DNA of 64,000 nt from Dictyostelium discoideum (Eukaryota), in NCBI GenBank assembly GCA_000004695.1, contig CM000152.2, forward strand, positions 6,080,001 to 6,144,000, given 5' to 3'. A program made the position numbers and the translations under genes. Under the pieces are notes generated by a model. The model saw nothing but the letters and a program-made list of their open reading frames with translations, had not been told where the DNA came from and ran no database searches. The stretch's first letter is position 1; each line of letters begins with the position of its first letter. Shown piece after piece: positions 22,479-35,265 of the stretch.

Positions 22479-22786
22479 ATTAATAATTAATAATTAATAA
22501 TAATAAATAATAATAATAAATAATAATAGAATAATAATAATAGTAATAATAATAATAATAGTAATAATAATAATAGTAATAATAATAATATAATAATAAT
22601 AACAAAACTAATAAATAATAATATAATATATTTAAAGTTAACTTAAATATATCTCTATTTTAATAATAATATATATTATATATAAAATTTATATGTAATA
22701 ATATAAAAAATATTTAATTAAATAAATCATAATAGTACTTTTGTAATATTTTTACATATTTACTAAATTTAATAATAAAATTAGTT

Positions 22787-22823
<37 letters not shown>

Positions 22824-23184
22824 AAAATTGAGAATTTAGAGAAATAGTAATATTTGAAGTTATTTTTTATTTTTTTATTCTATTGTTTTTGCTCTAGGAA
22901 TTTGAAAGTTTTAGATAGAATTTGACTAATTAAATCAATTTTTAAATAATGTATTATACATTTCTTTTTTCATATAGAGTATTCCACCTTTGGTTTCATT
23001 TAAAGTCTTTTTAACATTAATTCCACCACCAGTTTTTGTGCCTACTTTGAAGCAATATAAACTTGGAATAGTTCTTTTTGGTTGTGGTAATGTAATTAAA
23101 TCTGCTTCTTGCCAAGAATCTAAATAAAACATTTTATAGTGATTACCCGTTATTAATGGGACAGTGACATTATTGGTTATTGGT

Positions 23185-25520
23185 TCATAGCCCATGAATT
23201 GTGGTATCTAACAATGGCACCATATTATTTACACTTAAAGCCGTAATAGTATTAGATGTAGTTGTATTTGTATTAGTGGTTGAAGTTGTATTTGTATTTG
23301 TATCAGATGTAGTTGTATTTGTATTTGTGTTAGTAGTTGAAGTTTCAATGGTATTAGTGTATGAAGTTGTAGTTGTATTTGCAATGGTATTTTTGTGTAT
23401 ATTTGTATGATTTTGGTTATTATTTGAAGTTGTGGTTGTATTTTTTATTTTATCAATTTTAATAAATTCATTTTTCAATTCTTCATAGTTTTTATCTTGG
23501 GCTTGCTGGAAAAGTGTGGAGTATTGGGGGTAGAATTCTGTTTTTAAAATTTCCCACATTGTGCGAAACAATCCAAATTCCGAATTTGGTATTGATAAGA
23601 TATTTCTTTTAACAGTTTGCTCATTCTCCATAATATAAACCTTTACCAATGACTCTAAATCATCAGATTCATCTACTGAAAATGCATGATTGGTTTCATT
23701 CTTTATTAAAATATTATAGATCCTATTTGAAGCAGTATTCATTGTTCCTTGGTAGAATTCTTCATTTTCAGTGAAATTTGCAAAACCAAAATCTACCAAA
23801 AGAGGATCGCCACCAGAATCCATTAAAAGATTTGATAATCTAATATCTCTATGTATAACCTCTCTTTGATGTATGTTTTTGAGTATTTCGACAGACTATT
23901 TTAATATAATATATATTTATATATTATATTGAAAAAAAGATTATAAATAAGTGTTTAAAAAGAAAATATAATTATAAATTATTGACTGTAAATTAAATTT
24001 ACATACCTTAGTATAAAAGGAAATATCAATGAGTTTGCCTTCTAAGTTCTTAATCAATTGGCCTCTTGGTGATATTTGAATCCAGTTTTCAGTTTGGTTT
24101 TGTTGTTTTATTGTTGGAGTACCTTCAATACCATCAATAAAGGTTAAATATTTAACTTCTGTTTTAAAAAAATTAGGATGATTAAACCATTTATATACAA
24201 ACTCCTTATTTACAATGAAAACCGAAGATGTTGAGCCATAATAAAATTCGACAGAATCATTTGTATTGTTTTTCAATATAGTTTGTAAGCTATTTGGAAT
24301 GTTTCTAATAAATTGTTCGAGGTAAAACATTATATTTGAAAGGTATTGAAACCCTATTCTTAAATCATAGTCGATTGTAATATAATATTTATTGTTTTCA
24401 ATATCATACTTTACAAATTTAATTTTTGTTTTATTCATTAAGAAACCAAACATTGGACGTTTTAAAACATGATGATTTGACTTTTCAACGATTATATCAA
24501 TATATTTAAGAACTTGACCCAGGTTTGTATCACTTGTTATTGAACCTTTCTTTATATCACCAACCATGTGCATCCAATAGGGTTCAAATGGAAATCCTTT
24601 TTGATTAATAAAGTAATCACAATACCTATTGCTTATTATACTATTAATCTTTATTTTCGTTCCATTGGTAATAATTAATTTCCTTTTTTTATTAAAATCT
24701 TTAAAATATTCATCCAATTTCGATTGCATGGTAGATTCTTGATTGCAATCATCTAAATTGATGACATGTTTCTTTAATTCTATACCACTTGGTATGTTCC
24801 AATCTTTGAATTCACAGTTTTCTTTTATCAACTTTAGGGATTTCTTGATTTTAAACAATTCAGAATATGAAGTTGTTCCTTTTGAATCACCCTAGATTTT
24901 TATAAATTTTATTATTAATAATTTTTAATTAGAATTAATTTTAATTTAACAACAGTCTCGAATTGAATTTGTCTTACATTTTTAGTTGAAGAAGTTAAAA
25001 TGATTGATTTTTTAAGATCCTCCACATTTGTCTTTAATTTTTGTTTCTCTTCTTCAACTTTTGTTAAAAATTCTTTTTTTTCTTCTTCCACTTCTTCAAC
25101 TTTTGTCTTTAATTTTTGTTTCTCTTCTTCAACTTTTATTAAAAATTCTTTTTTTTCTTCTTCCACTTTTATTAAAAATTCTTTTTTTTCTTCTTCCACT
25201 TCTGTCTTTAATTTTTGTTTCTCTTCTTCCAATTTTATTAAAAATTCTTTTTTTTCTTCCTCCACTTCTGTCTTTAATTTTTGTTTCTCTTCTTCAAATT
25301 TTATTAAAAATTCTTTTTTTTCTTCTTCCGACATTCTATTTTTTTCTTCTTCAATTTTTAACCTTTTTCTTTTATTTTCCACTTTTTTGAAAAATTTTAT
25401 TTTTTGTTTTGGATCATTAATATTATCAATTTCATAATCTTCTAATATTTCATAAATATCATCTTCTTTTAAATCCTTTAAACTTTCTTTATTTTCTTTC
25501 AAAAATCCTGAAATGTCCAT
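23185..25520 (-). CDS. Lineage-specific atypical protein kinase-like protein with an N-terminal coiled-coil repeat exon (about 712 aa, three exons)
   Basis: Exon 1 is 25520..24978 (MDISGF..., with the EEEKKEFLIK(V/L)EEEKQKLKTEV heptad-like repeats; donor GTAAGA, phase 0). Exon 2 is 24891..24007 (GDSKGTTSYSELFKIKKSLKL...VEFYYGSTSSVFIVNKEFVYKWF...ISFYTK; donor GTATGT). Exon 3 is 23895..23185 (SVEILKNIHQREVIHRDIRLSNLLMDSGGDPLLVDFGFANF..., then a Thr/Asn-rich tail and the stop). The HRD-x-R-x-x-N catalytic loop and the DFG motif indicate a kinase fold, but the glycine loop and the APE motif are atypical. Confidence 0.6.
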
Positions 25521-25919
25521 TTTTTATTAAAAGGTTTTTTTTGATATTTAAATTTATTGGTAGTTTTTTATTTTTTTTAAAACTTTATGTTTGTTATTAA
25601 AAAAAAAAAAAAATTATAATAATTATAATAATTTTTTTTAAAAATTAAGGTTAGTAATTAAAAAAAAAAAATAAAATAAATAAAATAAAATAATAATAAA
25701 AGTTTAAGGATCTTTTGAACTTATTTGGGTTTTATATATAAAAAAAAAAAAAAAATTTGTGGTGCGCCAAATATAGAAAACAAAAAAATGTAAAACAAGT
25801 AATTACATTTTAAAAAAAAAATAATAATAATAATAAAATTTGCAATTTCCAAATAAAGTATTTTCAGAAATTTATAAATAATAATAATTTAATAATAATT
25901 TTTTTATTTTTTATTATTT

Positions 25920-28900
25920 CTATTTTCTTTTTGATGAAGATGATTTTGAGGAAGAGGATGATGAACCTTTTGAAGATGAAGATGAAGATTTTGATCTACT
26001 TGAACCACCACCACCACCACCACCACCACTACTACTACTACCTGATTTTGAAGAGGATGGTCTATTGCTACTACTAACAGATTTTTCATCTCTTTTTCTT
26101 TTATTTGTTTCATCAAAAGTTTTCATTTTATCATCTCTTTCAGCTTTTTGTTCTAAATCTTCCCAATTTTCACCTTCGGAAGAATCTTCATCATCATCAT
26201 CAGAACCTGAAGACATTGAAGAGATATAATCACTAGATTCAGATTCGTCACTATTGGAATGATAATCATCATCGCCACTATCTTCTTCCTCTTCTTCTTC
26301 TTCTAAATCCAAGAAAGACCAACCACCATCGTCATGGAATTTCTTTACATCACTTTTGATTGTATCCATAATTCTCTTCCAATTGTAATTACGTTCAGAT
26401 TGATAAAATTTAATATTGAATGAATCGAGCCATTCTTTGACAGTTTCGAAATAGTTTCTTGGGATGACACTGATACGAATTGGTGGACGATTGTAATCCT
26501 TAAAGACAAAACTGAGATCGAAATTCTTGAGTGAACGAATAGCTCTTTCAAAACATGCGATTTCAACATCATCAAGGGTAAGAACGAAAAATGGTGGCTC
26601 TAAAATGGAGAGTAGACAATGTACTGATGGTTGAATGAAAACGGTGGAAACATTTGGTACACCATAGAAACCCAATTCACGATAGGGTACATCAAATTCA
26701 AGACCTGGTTCAGGTGCGATTTCTTCTACACGTTTAATGAAAGTTTTGAAATCATTGTTAATCTTTTCTTTTAATGCACGTTCACGACGTTCTTCCTCCT
26801 CCTCATCATTGAAACGCGATGAAACATCGAGTGATTGTGACATCTCTGAAATTTCAATATAGAACTGAACGTCCTTTGTTTTCTTTTTACCAATCATGAG
26901 AGCATCATGAAGATGGAAATGAATTACGGCCATTGATTCTTGATCTGCTTGTTGATAGATGGCATGTTTAATATTTTTATAGAGTACATCGATTGGAGTA
27001 CGATCTTTTGTTGAGGTTGGATTGAAACGAATACCATTTTCATGTGCCTCTAGGATACCAATAGTTCTACGAGCACCTGATAAAGTTGGACGAGCATGTA
27101 CCTCTGGTAAACGTGGGAATTTACCACGTAAAAGAATTAACTTCTCTTGAGTGATAAGATTACGTTTTTCACGATCTTCAGTTTCACGAGTTGTAAATTT
27201 CTTTTTCAATTCTTTAATCAAACGAATATTGTTTGCTAAAACCTTTGGATCGTTAACTTTATAGGTTACCTCACGAATATACATTAATTGTGGTGGAACG
27301 AAACCTGCATCGATTTGTTCTTGTGTATAGGATGTTGGAGTATTGAAATTTACACGAATGTACTCCTCTGATTTGGAGATATTTTTGATTGTGCTAATGT
27401 GAAATGGGACCATATAGCCAAATATTGGGAATAATACTGTCTCTTTCTTTGGGTCAATGTACATTTTATTCTTGACAATATCTTGTGGGTATGCTCCAAC
27501 ACTACTATAGATTGGTTGTAATTTAGTGATTGCTGTGTAATCTACTTCTGGTGTACCTTTTTTACCATTTGGATCAGTCATTGCTTTAATTTTATTCTCT
27601 GCCTCTTGTAAATTCTTTTGTTCAAGCATCTTTTGATGATCACGACGACGTTCTTCAACAGACTTGGATTTCTCTTTAGTTTCTATAGTTCTACCTGTAA
27701 TACCTTTAACATCATCTGGTAATTCCAATTTAACAGATGGATCATTATCGTTGTCATCATCATCATCTTCACCACCCAACATATAAACTACATCGGAAGC
27801 TTTCTTACCAACATCTGTTAATACCTCAACTTTACCTTCATCATTCAATAGGACTGTATCAGAGATCAAGAGTGAATAGGTTTTTGATTTCTCATCTTTA
27901 CCCTCTGGATTTGAAATCTTTTGGAAACCACAGGCAATATTGAGTGTCATACCAGCTTTAAGGGTTCTAGAGTTAGTTGCATTCAAAACGGCCAATGACT
28001 CTTGAAATTCAATACCAATACCATAACCAACATTCTTTGGGAAATGATCAACCAACTCTGGTTTCGATGATTCTTTAATGGTTTGAATGGCTTTTTCATA
28101 GAGACTAGAGAATGTTACATCGGGTTTAATGGCCTTGATAACATTGCTTTGAACATTCAATAGAATGGCATAGTTTTTCTTTTGATCGCTAGTTGGATCA
28201 ATGATATAGGTACGAGCAATATTTGAACAATAGTTCTTATAACGAGCACCACAAGACACAATGATTGTACCAAAATGAAGTGGATTATCATCACTTGATG
28301 CACTTGCTCTAAGATCATAAATACCACCACTTTGAATGATTGGAACATAGGAGTAATCTACATGTTCAACCGTTAATTTACTACTGATCTTTTCTGGTGA
28401 TTCGAAAATATCCGCTGCATAGTCTGCCAATTGATTATGAGTTTGTCTTTCACCCTTATCGATAATGGTTTCAATCTTTGGGAGAATATGACTCTTTAAT
28501 ACCTTTGATGTAATCTTTGCTGATGTAATAATATTCTTTTGTTCTTGAAGATCCTTTACCAATAAACAACTTGATAATGCTGGTGTAATATCTACTTTAG
28601 TCAAAGGGCATTCATTAAGTGCTGCTTCCCATTGTAATGCTAAATCTCCTATATATGTTTCCTTTATAATCACACCAATATTACTACCTGCTTTTGTAGC
28701 CTCTCCAATTAATTTCTCAAAATTACTCTTATTCTTATCTGATTTATCAATTGTTAAAAAGTTAAATTTAATTGATGATAATTCTGTTTTAACTTGTTCA
28801 GTTTCTGATAATTTTTGAAATAAATTAACTAAAAAAATAAAAAATAAAAAATAAAAAATAATAATATTTTAAAAAAGTTATTATATATATATAATTTTAT

Positions 28901-29250
28901 TATTATTATTATTATTATTATTATAATTGAATAAACTTACTTTTCTTTGATGTTGATACAATATAAATTTCTTTTTCTAAGAATACAATAATTGTATCTT
29001 TTAATTCATAACCAAATAACCAAGTTTGTAATGATGTAACCTTTTGGTATGGATTACTTTCATTTGGTTGGCCCAATGCCAATACTAATGAGTTGGCTGA
29101 TTTCCAAAGGTTACTATCTGAATTCCAAGAATCATATAAAATTTTAACTCTTTTACAAAAGTTACCAGCATCTAAAGTTGCTTCTCTTGGTCCTGTTGGT
29201 ACTGCTGGTGCTGCTGTTGTTGTTGTAGTTGTAGTAGTTGATTGTGACAT
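25920..29250 (-). CDS. spt16: FACT complex subunit SPT16 (about 1072 aa, two exons)
   Basis: Exon 1 is 29250..28941 (MSQSTTTT...[34 protein letters not shown]; donor GTAAGT, phase 1). Exon 2 is 28828..25920. The N-terminal aminopeptidase-like domain (PIIQSGGIYDL, GYGIGIEF), the middle domain and the acidic Ser/Asp/Glu C-terminal tail all match SPT16. The stretch [21 protein letters not shown] is conserved. Confidence 0.85.
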
Positions 29251-30130
29251 TTTTTATTTTTTATTTTTCTTTTTGGTATATTTATATATAATAATAAAAA
29301 AAAAAAACAAAATAAAATAAATATATATATATAAAAAAAAAAGATAATTATTAATGAACACACAACCAATAAGGGTTTTTAAAAAAATGAAATGAAAAAA
29401 AAAAAAAAAAAAAAAGTAAAAAAAAAAAAAAAAAAAAAATAAAAAAAAAAAAAAAAAAAATTAAAAAAAAAAAAAAAATAAAAATAAAATAGACGATTCT
29501 TGGTATTGATTAAATCAATAAATTAAAAATAAATTAAAAAATTTTTTTTTAAAAAAATAATTTATAAAAAAAAAAAAATTTATATAAATATTTCTTAATA
29601 TATTCTCATTTTTTAAAATTATAAAAATTGTTTATGGGTGTTTGGTTTTACTTTTATATGTGTAGAATTAATTTTATTGCGCGCAATTTTTTTTTTTTTC
29701 AACAGCAAAATTTAAAAAAAATCCCAAAAATTCAAAAATTCAAAAATTAATTTATTTCTTTTTATTTCCTTGAGATATTTAAAAAAAAATAAAATAAAAT
29801 AAAAAAAAAAATATGTATCTTTTTATTTTTTTTTATTTACTTATTTATTTAATTTACTATTTATTTAATTTAATTATTTATTTTAAAAATATTTTATTTT
29901 GTGTTTAAAAAAAAAAAAAAAAAAAAAAAAAACTAAATGAAGATGTAATTAAATTTATCCAATATTATTAAAGAATTTTTAAATATTTAAATATTTATTG
30001 ATATCTATTTCCATAAATAGAATTTTTTTTTTTTTATAAATAAAAAAAAATAGAAAAAATTAATTTTTTTTTTTTTTGTTTTTTTTTTTTTTTTTTTGAT
30101 TTCGCATTGTGTTGTTAAACACTTTTTTCA
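29251..30130. promoter_or_regulatory. Divergent intergenic promoter region between SPT16 (minus strand) and the family-A polymerase gene (plus strand)
   Basis: An 880-bp extremely AT-rich spacer between two head-to-head start codons. It contains an isolated GC palindrome, ttGCGCGCaa, at about 29680..29690. Confidence 0.4.
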
Positions 30131-30283
30131 ATGTCTCAAGTGGATGATGACATTTTAAAGATGATGGAGGGTAATTCCTCTGATTCAAACTTACAATCAC
30201 AACAACAACAACAACAAACTCTCACATTCAATGATGATGATATATTTAACGATCCAATAACTGATGTTACCTCCAACAAATTT

Positions 30284-30321
<38 letters not shown>

Positions 30322-30323
30322 TG

Positions 30324-30415
<92 letters not shown>

Positions 30416-30655
30416 TTAAACAAGATTAATGGCAATGATAATAATATTGACAGACCCAAAATTCCAAGTATACTTTATAAATCAAAATCTATGCCAATAC
30501 AATCTGAAATTAAGCAACAAACAGATATTATTAGATCAACATCCACAGGTACATCCTTAAATTCTACAACACAAACTACAAAAACAATAACAACACCACC
30601 AAGGCCAGTACCATTACCTCCGCCATTAGAAATTAAAAAAACTATACCCAATAAC

Positions 30656-30745
<90 letters not shown>

Positions 30746-31015
30746 CCAATATATAAACCATTACAACCATCATTACCTAAAAGACCGAGTTTACAGCCAT
30801 CCTTACCTAAGAAACCACCTCAAAATATAATAAAACATCAACCAATAGAAATTAGATCTCTTTCCACCCCAAAGAATAACAATAATAGTTACAGTGGAAA
30901 TAATAGTAATAATAATAAAACCAGTGGTGATGGAGTTCAATATACATATGATCCACAAATAGCAGAAACAAGATCCGCATATTTAAAACACCAAAAACTA
31001 AATGATAACAACAAC

Positions 31016-31046
<31 letters not shown>

Positions 31047-31279
31047 ATAATAATAATAAAACAACAGAATGGACAGATTCAAAAAGTAATAATATCAATA
31101 TTAAACAAGTTAAACCTTTTGAATTTGCACCAAGGGATGCATTATATGAAGATTTCGAAACTCCTCCTCCTCCTCAAACATCACCAATAACGCCAAGTAA
31201 ATTATTAGCAACATCATTGTCTAATACAACTTTAAAAACTCCAACCAAACCCTCAACTGTTAATAATAATAATAATAAC

Positions 31280-31314
<35 letters not shown>

Positions 31315-31642
31315 TAATAATAATAATAATAATACTAATAATGACGATGATAATAAATATAGCGATATCAAAGGTGAGCCATCATCATCATCATCATCAC
31401 CATCATCACCATCATCCCCCTCAACTAAAACAACAAATGATGATTATTATGAACCGCCATACGAATCACCTCAATTTGGTTTTAAAAAAAGTTCAACAGT
31501 ATATGATAATGGTATTAATGAAAAGATGTTTTCTTTAAAGAAACCTTTAAAACCTTTGAACAATAATAATAATAATAAAAACAGCAATAATAAAACTAAT
31601 CCTAATCAATTTGGGTTTACATCACATCATTTTAATAAAAAT

Positions 31643-31678
<36 letters not shown>

Positions 31679-32668
31679 TCACCAAAACCACCCAATACTA
31701 ATAACCAAGATGAAGAAATATTTAATATGGATGATTATAATTTCATACCAAAAAAGAAAACTACAACAACAACAACAACCACTACTTCACCAACTTTTAC
31801 TTTAAATTCAAACTCACCATCAAATACACCAAATAAAAAAAAGATAACTCAATTTGTATATGATCCACCAACAAAGAGACCTGATAATACAGTTAATAAT
31901 GAAGATGACAATAATAATCAAAAAAGAGTTCATAGAATTCAAACAGATAAATTAAAAGAACCAAATGGTTTCATTAAAGTTGGTGGATATAATAGTGATT
32001 GTAATTCAATTCAAAGTTTAGAACAATTATATAATCAATTCAAACCAAATATTAAATTAATAATTTGGGGTGTATTCTTTGATAATGATAAAACCAATAC
32101 TAGACCATCACCAACAACAACAAGCAGTACCAAAGAATCTGAAAAAGAAATATCTCATGAACCCTTAGCATATACAATTTGTTTTTTATTAAATGATGGT
32201 ACAATTGATATTAATGATCAATTTGAAATTAATATAAATAGTGGTACTGACAATAATAATGATAATAATAATAAAAAGAATGGTTTAGATGATGAATTCG
32301 AATATATTCAAGCAACAGTATCAAATAAAAAATCATCATTACAATTGAAATCAAACTCGACAAATCAAAAAACGACTATAAATAATTATATATCAAAAAA
32401 GTATTTCATTACAATTTGTGATAATATGGGTGGCAAAATTGAAGAGAAATTAAATTTCATGAAAAATATCATTCAAGATGAATCAATAGTTAAAGTTGTT
32501 TACTTTTGCCAAGAATCAATTAAACCATTCATTAAATATTATGATTGGATTAATTTAAGGAATTGTTGGGATCCAATGATTGGTGCTTGGTTATTAGAAA
32601 GTGACCTTTTATCAACTAAAAAAGTTTCAATTGAATCACTTGCTCATTTTTTAAAATTAAAATCATTA

Positions 32669-32737
<69 letters not shown>

Positions 32738-34510
32738 CAAAATAATAATAATTTAATATTTACAGAAAAAGAATTAAATTATATATTAAAAAGAGAATCA
32801 TTATTATATGATAAAGATAAAGATACATCATCAAATTATAATAACTATCTTTATGATCATTGGTTAGTATTAAAAGTTTATAATGTAATCTCAATTAGTT
32901 TATTCGAATTTGATTTAAATTTCTCATTTTCAAATGAAATGAGATTAATACCGATTCTATCAAAGATGGAATTAGAAGGTATTTGTTGTAATATTGGTAA
33001 ACTGGATCATTATTTAAAAAGAATTTCAGAGTTTACTAAAGAATTAAAAGAAAGTGTAAATAAAGACGATGGCGATGATGATGACGATAATAATTTTAAA
33101 AGATTTGAAGAATTTAAATTAGGATCATTTAAAGAAGTTAGTGGATGGTTAAATCAACATGGTGTAGATATAAAGAGTACAAGTAAAGAAACATTGATTC
33201 AACAAAAAAGATTGAATATAAATAATCAAAAAGTTGTAACATTTATTGATAGAGTATTATTCTATAGAAGATTATCAGCTTTAAAAGGTCACTATATTGA
33301 ACCATACTTGTTAAAGTATACAAATACTACTACTACTACTAAAACTCGTAGTAATACTAATTCAACATTTCAAATCTCTTGTCAATGGAATCAAACTGGT
33401 ACTGCTACTGGTCGTTTATCATCCTCTGAACCAAATCTTCAAACTATTCCAAGAACGTCAACATCATTAATAAATCCAACTACAGCAACAACTACTACTA
33501 CTACTACTTCTACAAATAATGATTTAAATGATTTAGATGATTTAGATGATTTAGATTATAATGGTAATGATGGTGGTTCATTAGATCCTGATTTTATTCA
33601 AGCATTACAAGATGATGATGATAATAATAATATTAATAATAATAATAATAATGATGATGATGATAATATTATAAATATTAGAAATTCATTTATTTCAAGA
33701 GAAGGATTTAGTTTAGTAGTATTAGATTATAATCAAGTTGAATTAAGAATTATTGCACATTTTTCAAGAGATAAACATTTAATTGAATATTTTGAAAGTG
33801 GTAGTGATGTTATTAATATGATGGCAGTTAGATTATCGGATAGAGATGATCTCGATGTAAACAATGTTGATAAAGAAACTCGTGATAGAGTTAAACGTAT
33901 AGTTTATGGTATACTCTATGGTATTCAAGCATTTTCTTTGGGTAAATTATTAAATATACCAATTTATAAGGCATCTGATCATATAAAGAATTTCTATTTC
34001 AAATTTGATGGTGTTTCAAATTTCATACAGATTACAAAATCAAATGCAGAAAAATCTCATGTCGTTCCTACACTTGGTAAAAGAATTAGAAAATTAGATA
34101 GTAAATTTAAAACTAAAGCTGTAAATTCAATAATTCAAGGTAGTTCTGCCGATATCATTAAATTAGCAATGATAACAATAATGAATGAATTATTTTTACC
34201 ATTATTAAATTTAAATTCAAATAATAATAATAAAATACCTCGATTTTTATTACAAGTTCATGATGAATTAGTATTTGAAGTACCAGATGAATATTTAGGT
34301 GATAATTCAATTAGAATGGATCTTTTAATTAAATACCAAATGGAAAATGTTTCAAATTATTTTAATATGTGTGTACCTTTATCAACATCTTTATCCATTG
34401 GCAAAAAGTATGGTTCATTATCAAAAGTAGTCTCTGAAAAAAATCAAGTCGATTTAAAAGAAAATATGGACAACTTTAAACAATTTTTATTTAATTATAA
34501 AAATAAATAA
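30131..34510 (+). CDS. Family A DNA polymerase of Pol theta/nu type (polymerase domain plus degenerate exonuclease-like domain, no helicase), single exon
   Basis: A 1459-aa ORF. Motif A is DYNQVELRIIAHFS. Motif B is RDRVKRIVYGILYGIQAFSLGKLL. Motif C is LQVHDELVFEV. Upstream lies an exonuclease-like region (CWDPMIGAWLLESD) comparable to the inactive exonuclease-like domain of POLQ/POLN. The N-terminal ~550 aa are low-complexity (poly-N, poly-T, PS-rich). Confidence 0.8.
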
Positions 34511-34578
34511 ATTATAAAATAAAATAAAGATTATTAATTTATTTTAATAGTCTATATTTTTATTATTAATAATAATAT

Positions 34579-34620
<42 letters not shown>

Positions 34621-35265
34621 CGTTGGGATTTTAAACTCCTAACTTTGGGCATTCCTAGAAAAAGTTTTTCACAGATTAAATTAATTTAATGTTAATTCCT
34701 ATTTTTTAAAAAAAACTAAACAAAAAAATAAAAAAAAAAAAAATAAAAAAAAAAAAACTAAAATCTGTGTATAATCTTTCAAGACAATATTATTAAAAAA
34801 AAAATAGGAATTAATTTTTCCTAAAAGGAGTTTATAGGAATTAAACAAAAACCTATTACATACTTTCAGTAAAATTTAAAATTATTTTATAAAAAAAAAA
34901 ATGTGGGGTTTTTTTTTTATTGTTTTAGATTTTATTTTTTAAATAATTTGTTTTTAGTGTGTCATTTGTTGTTAAAAAACTTAATCTTCTTATGGAATCT
35001 ACCATCTAAATACTCTTAAAGTTAAAATTTTTTATAATCTTAAAAAGAAAAGGTATGATAAATTTAAATTTTAATTTTTTCATGTTATAATATCTTTTTT
35101 TTTTTTTTAATTTTGGATTATTTAAGGATTATTTCTGTTTTATTTTAAAAAATATAAAAAAAAAAATAAAAAAATAATAATTATAATTTTATAGTTGATT
35201 ATATTTAGAAAAATATTTATATATATATAAATATATATAATAATTTTAAATTAAACTAATATAAA

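Noticed and set aside
25000-25437. Plus-strand ORFs (145 and 120 aa) rich in Phe, Ser and Leu
   Set aside because: These are antisense to the Glu/Lys-rich coiled-coil repeat exon of the kinase gene and are a mirror artefact of the repeat.
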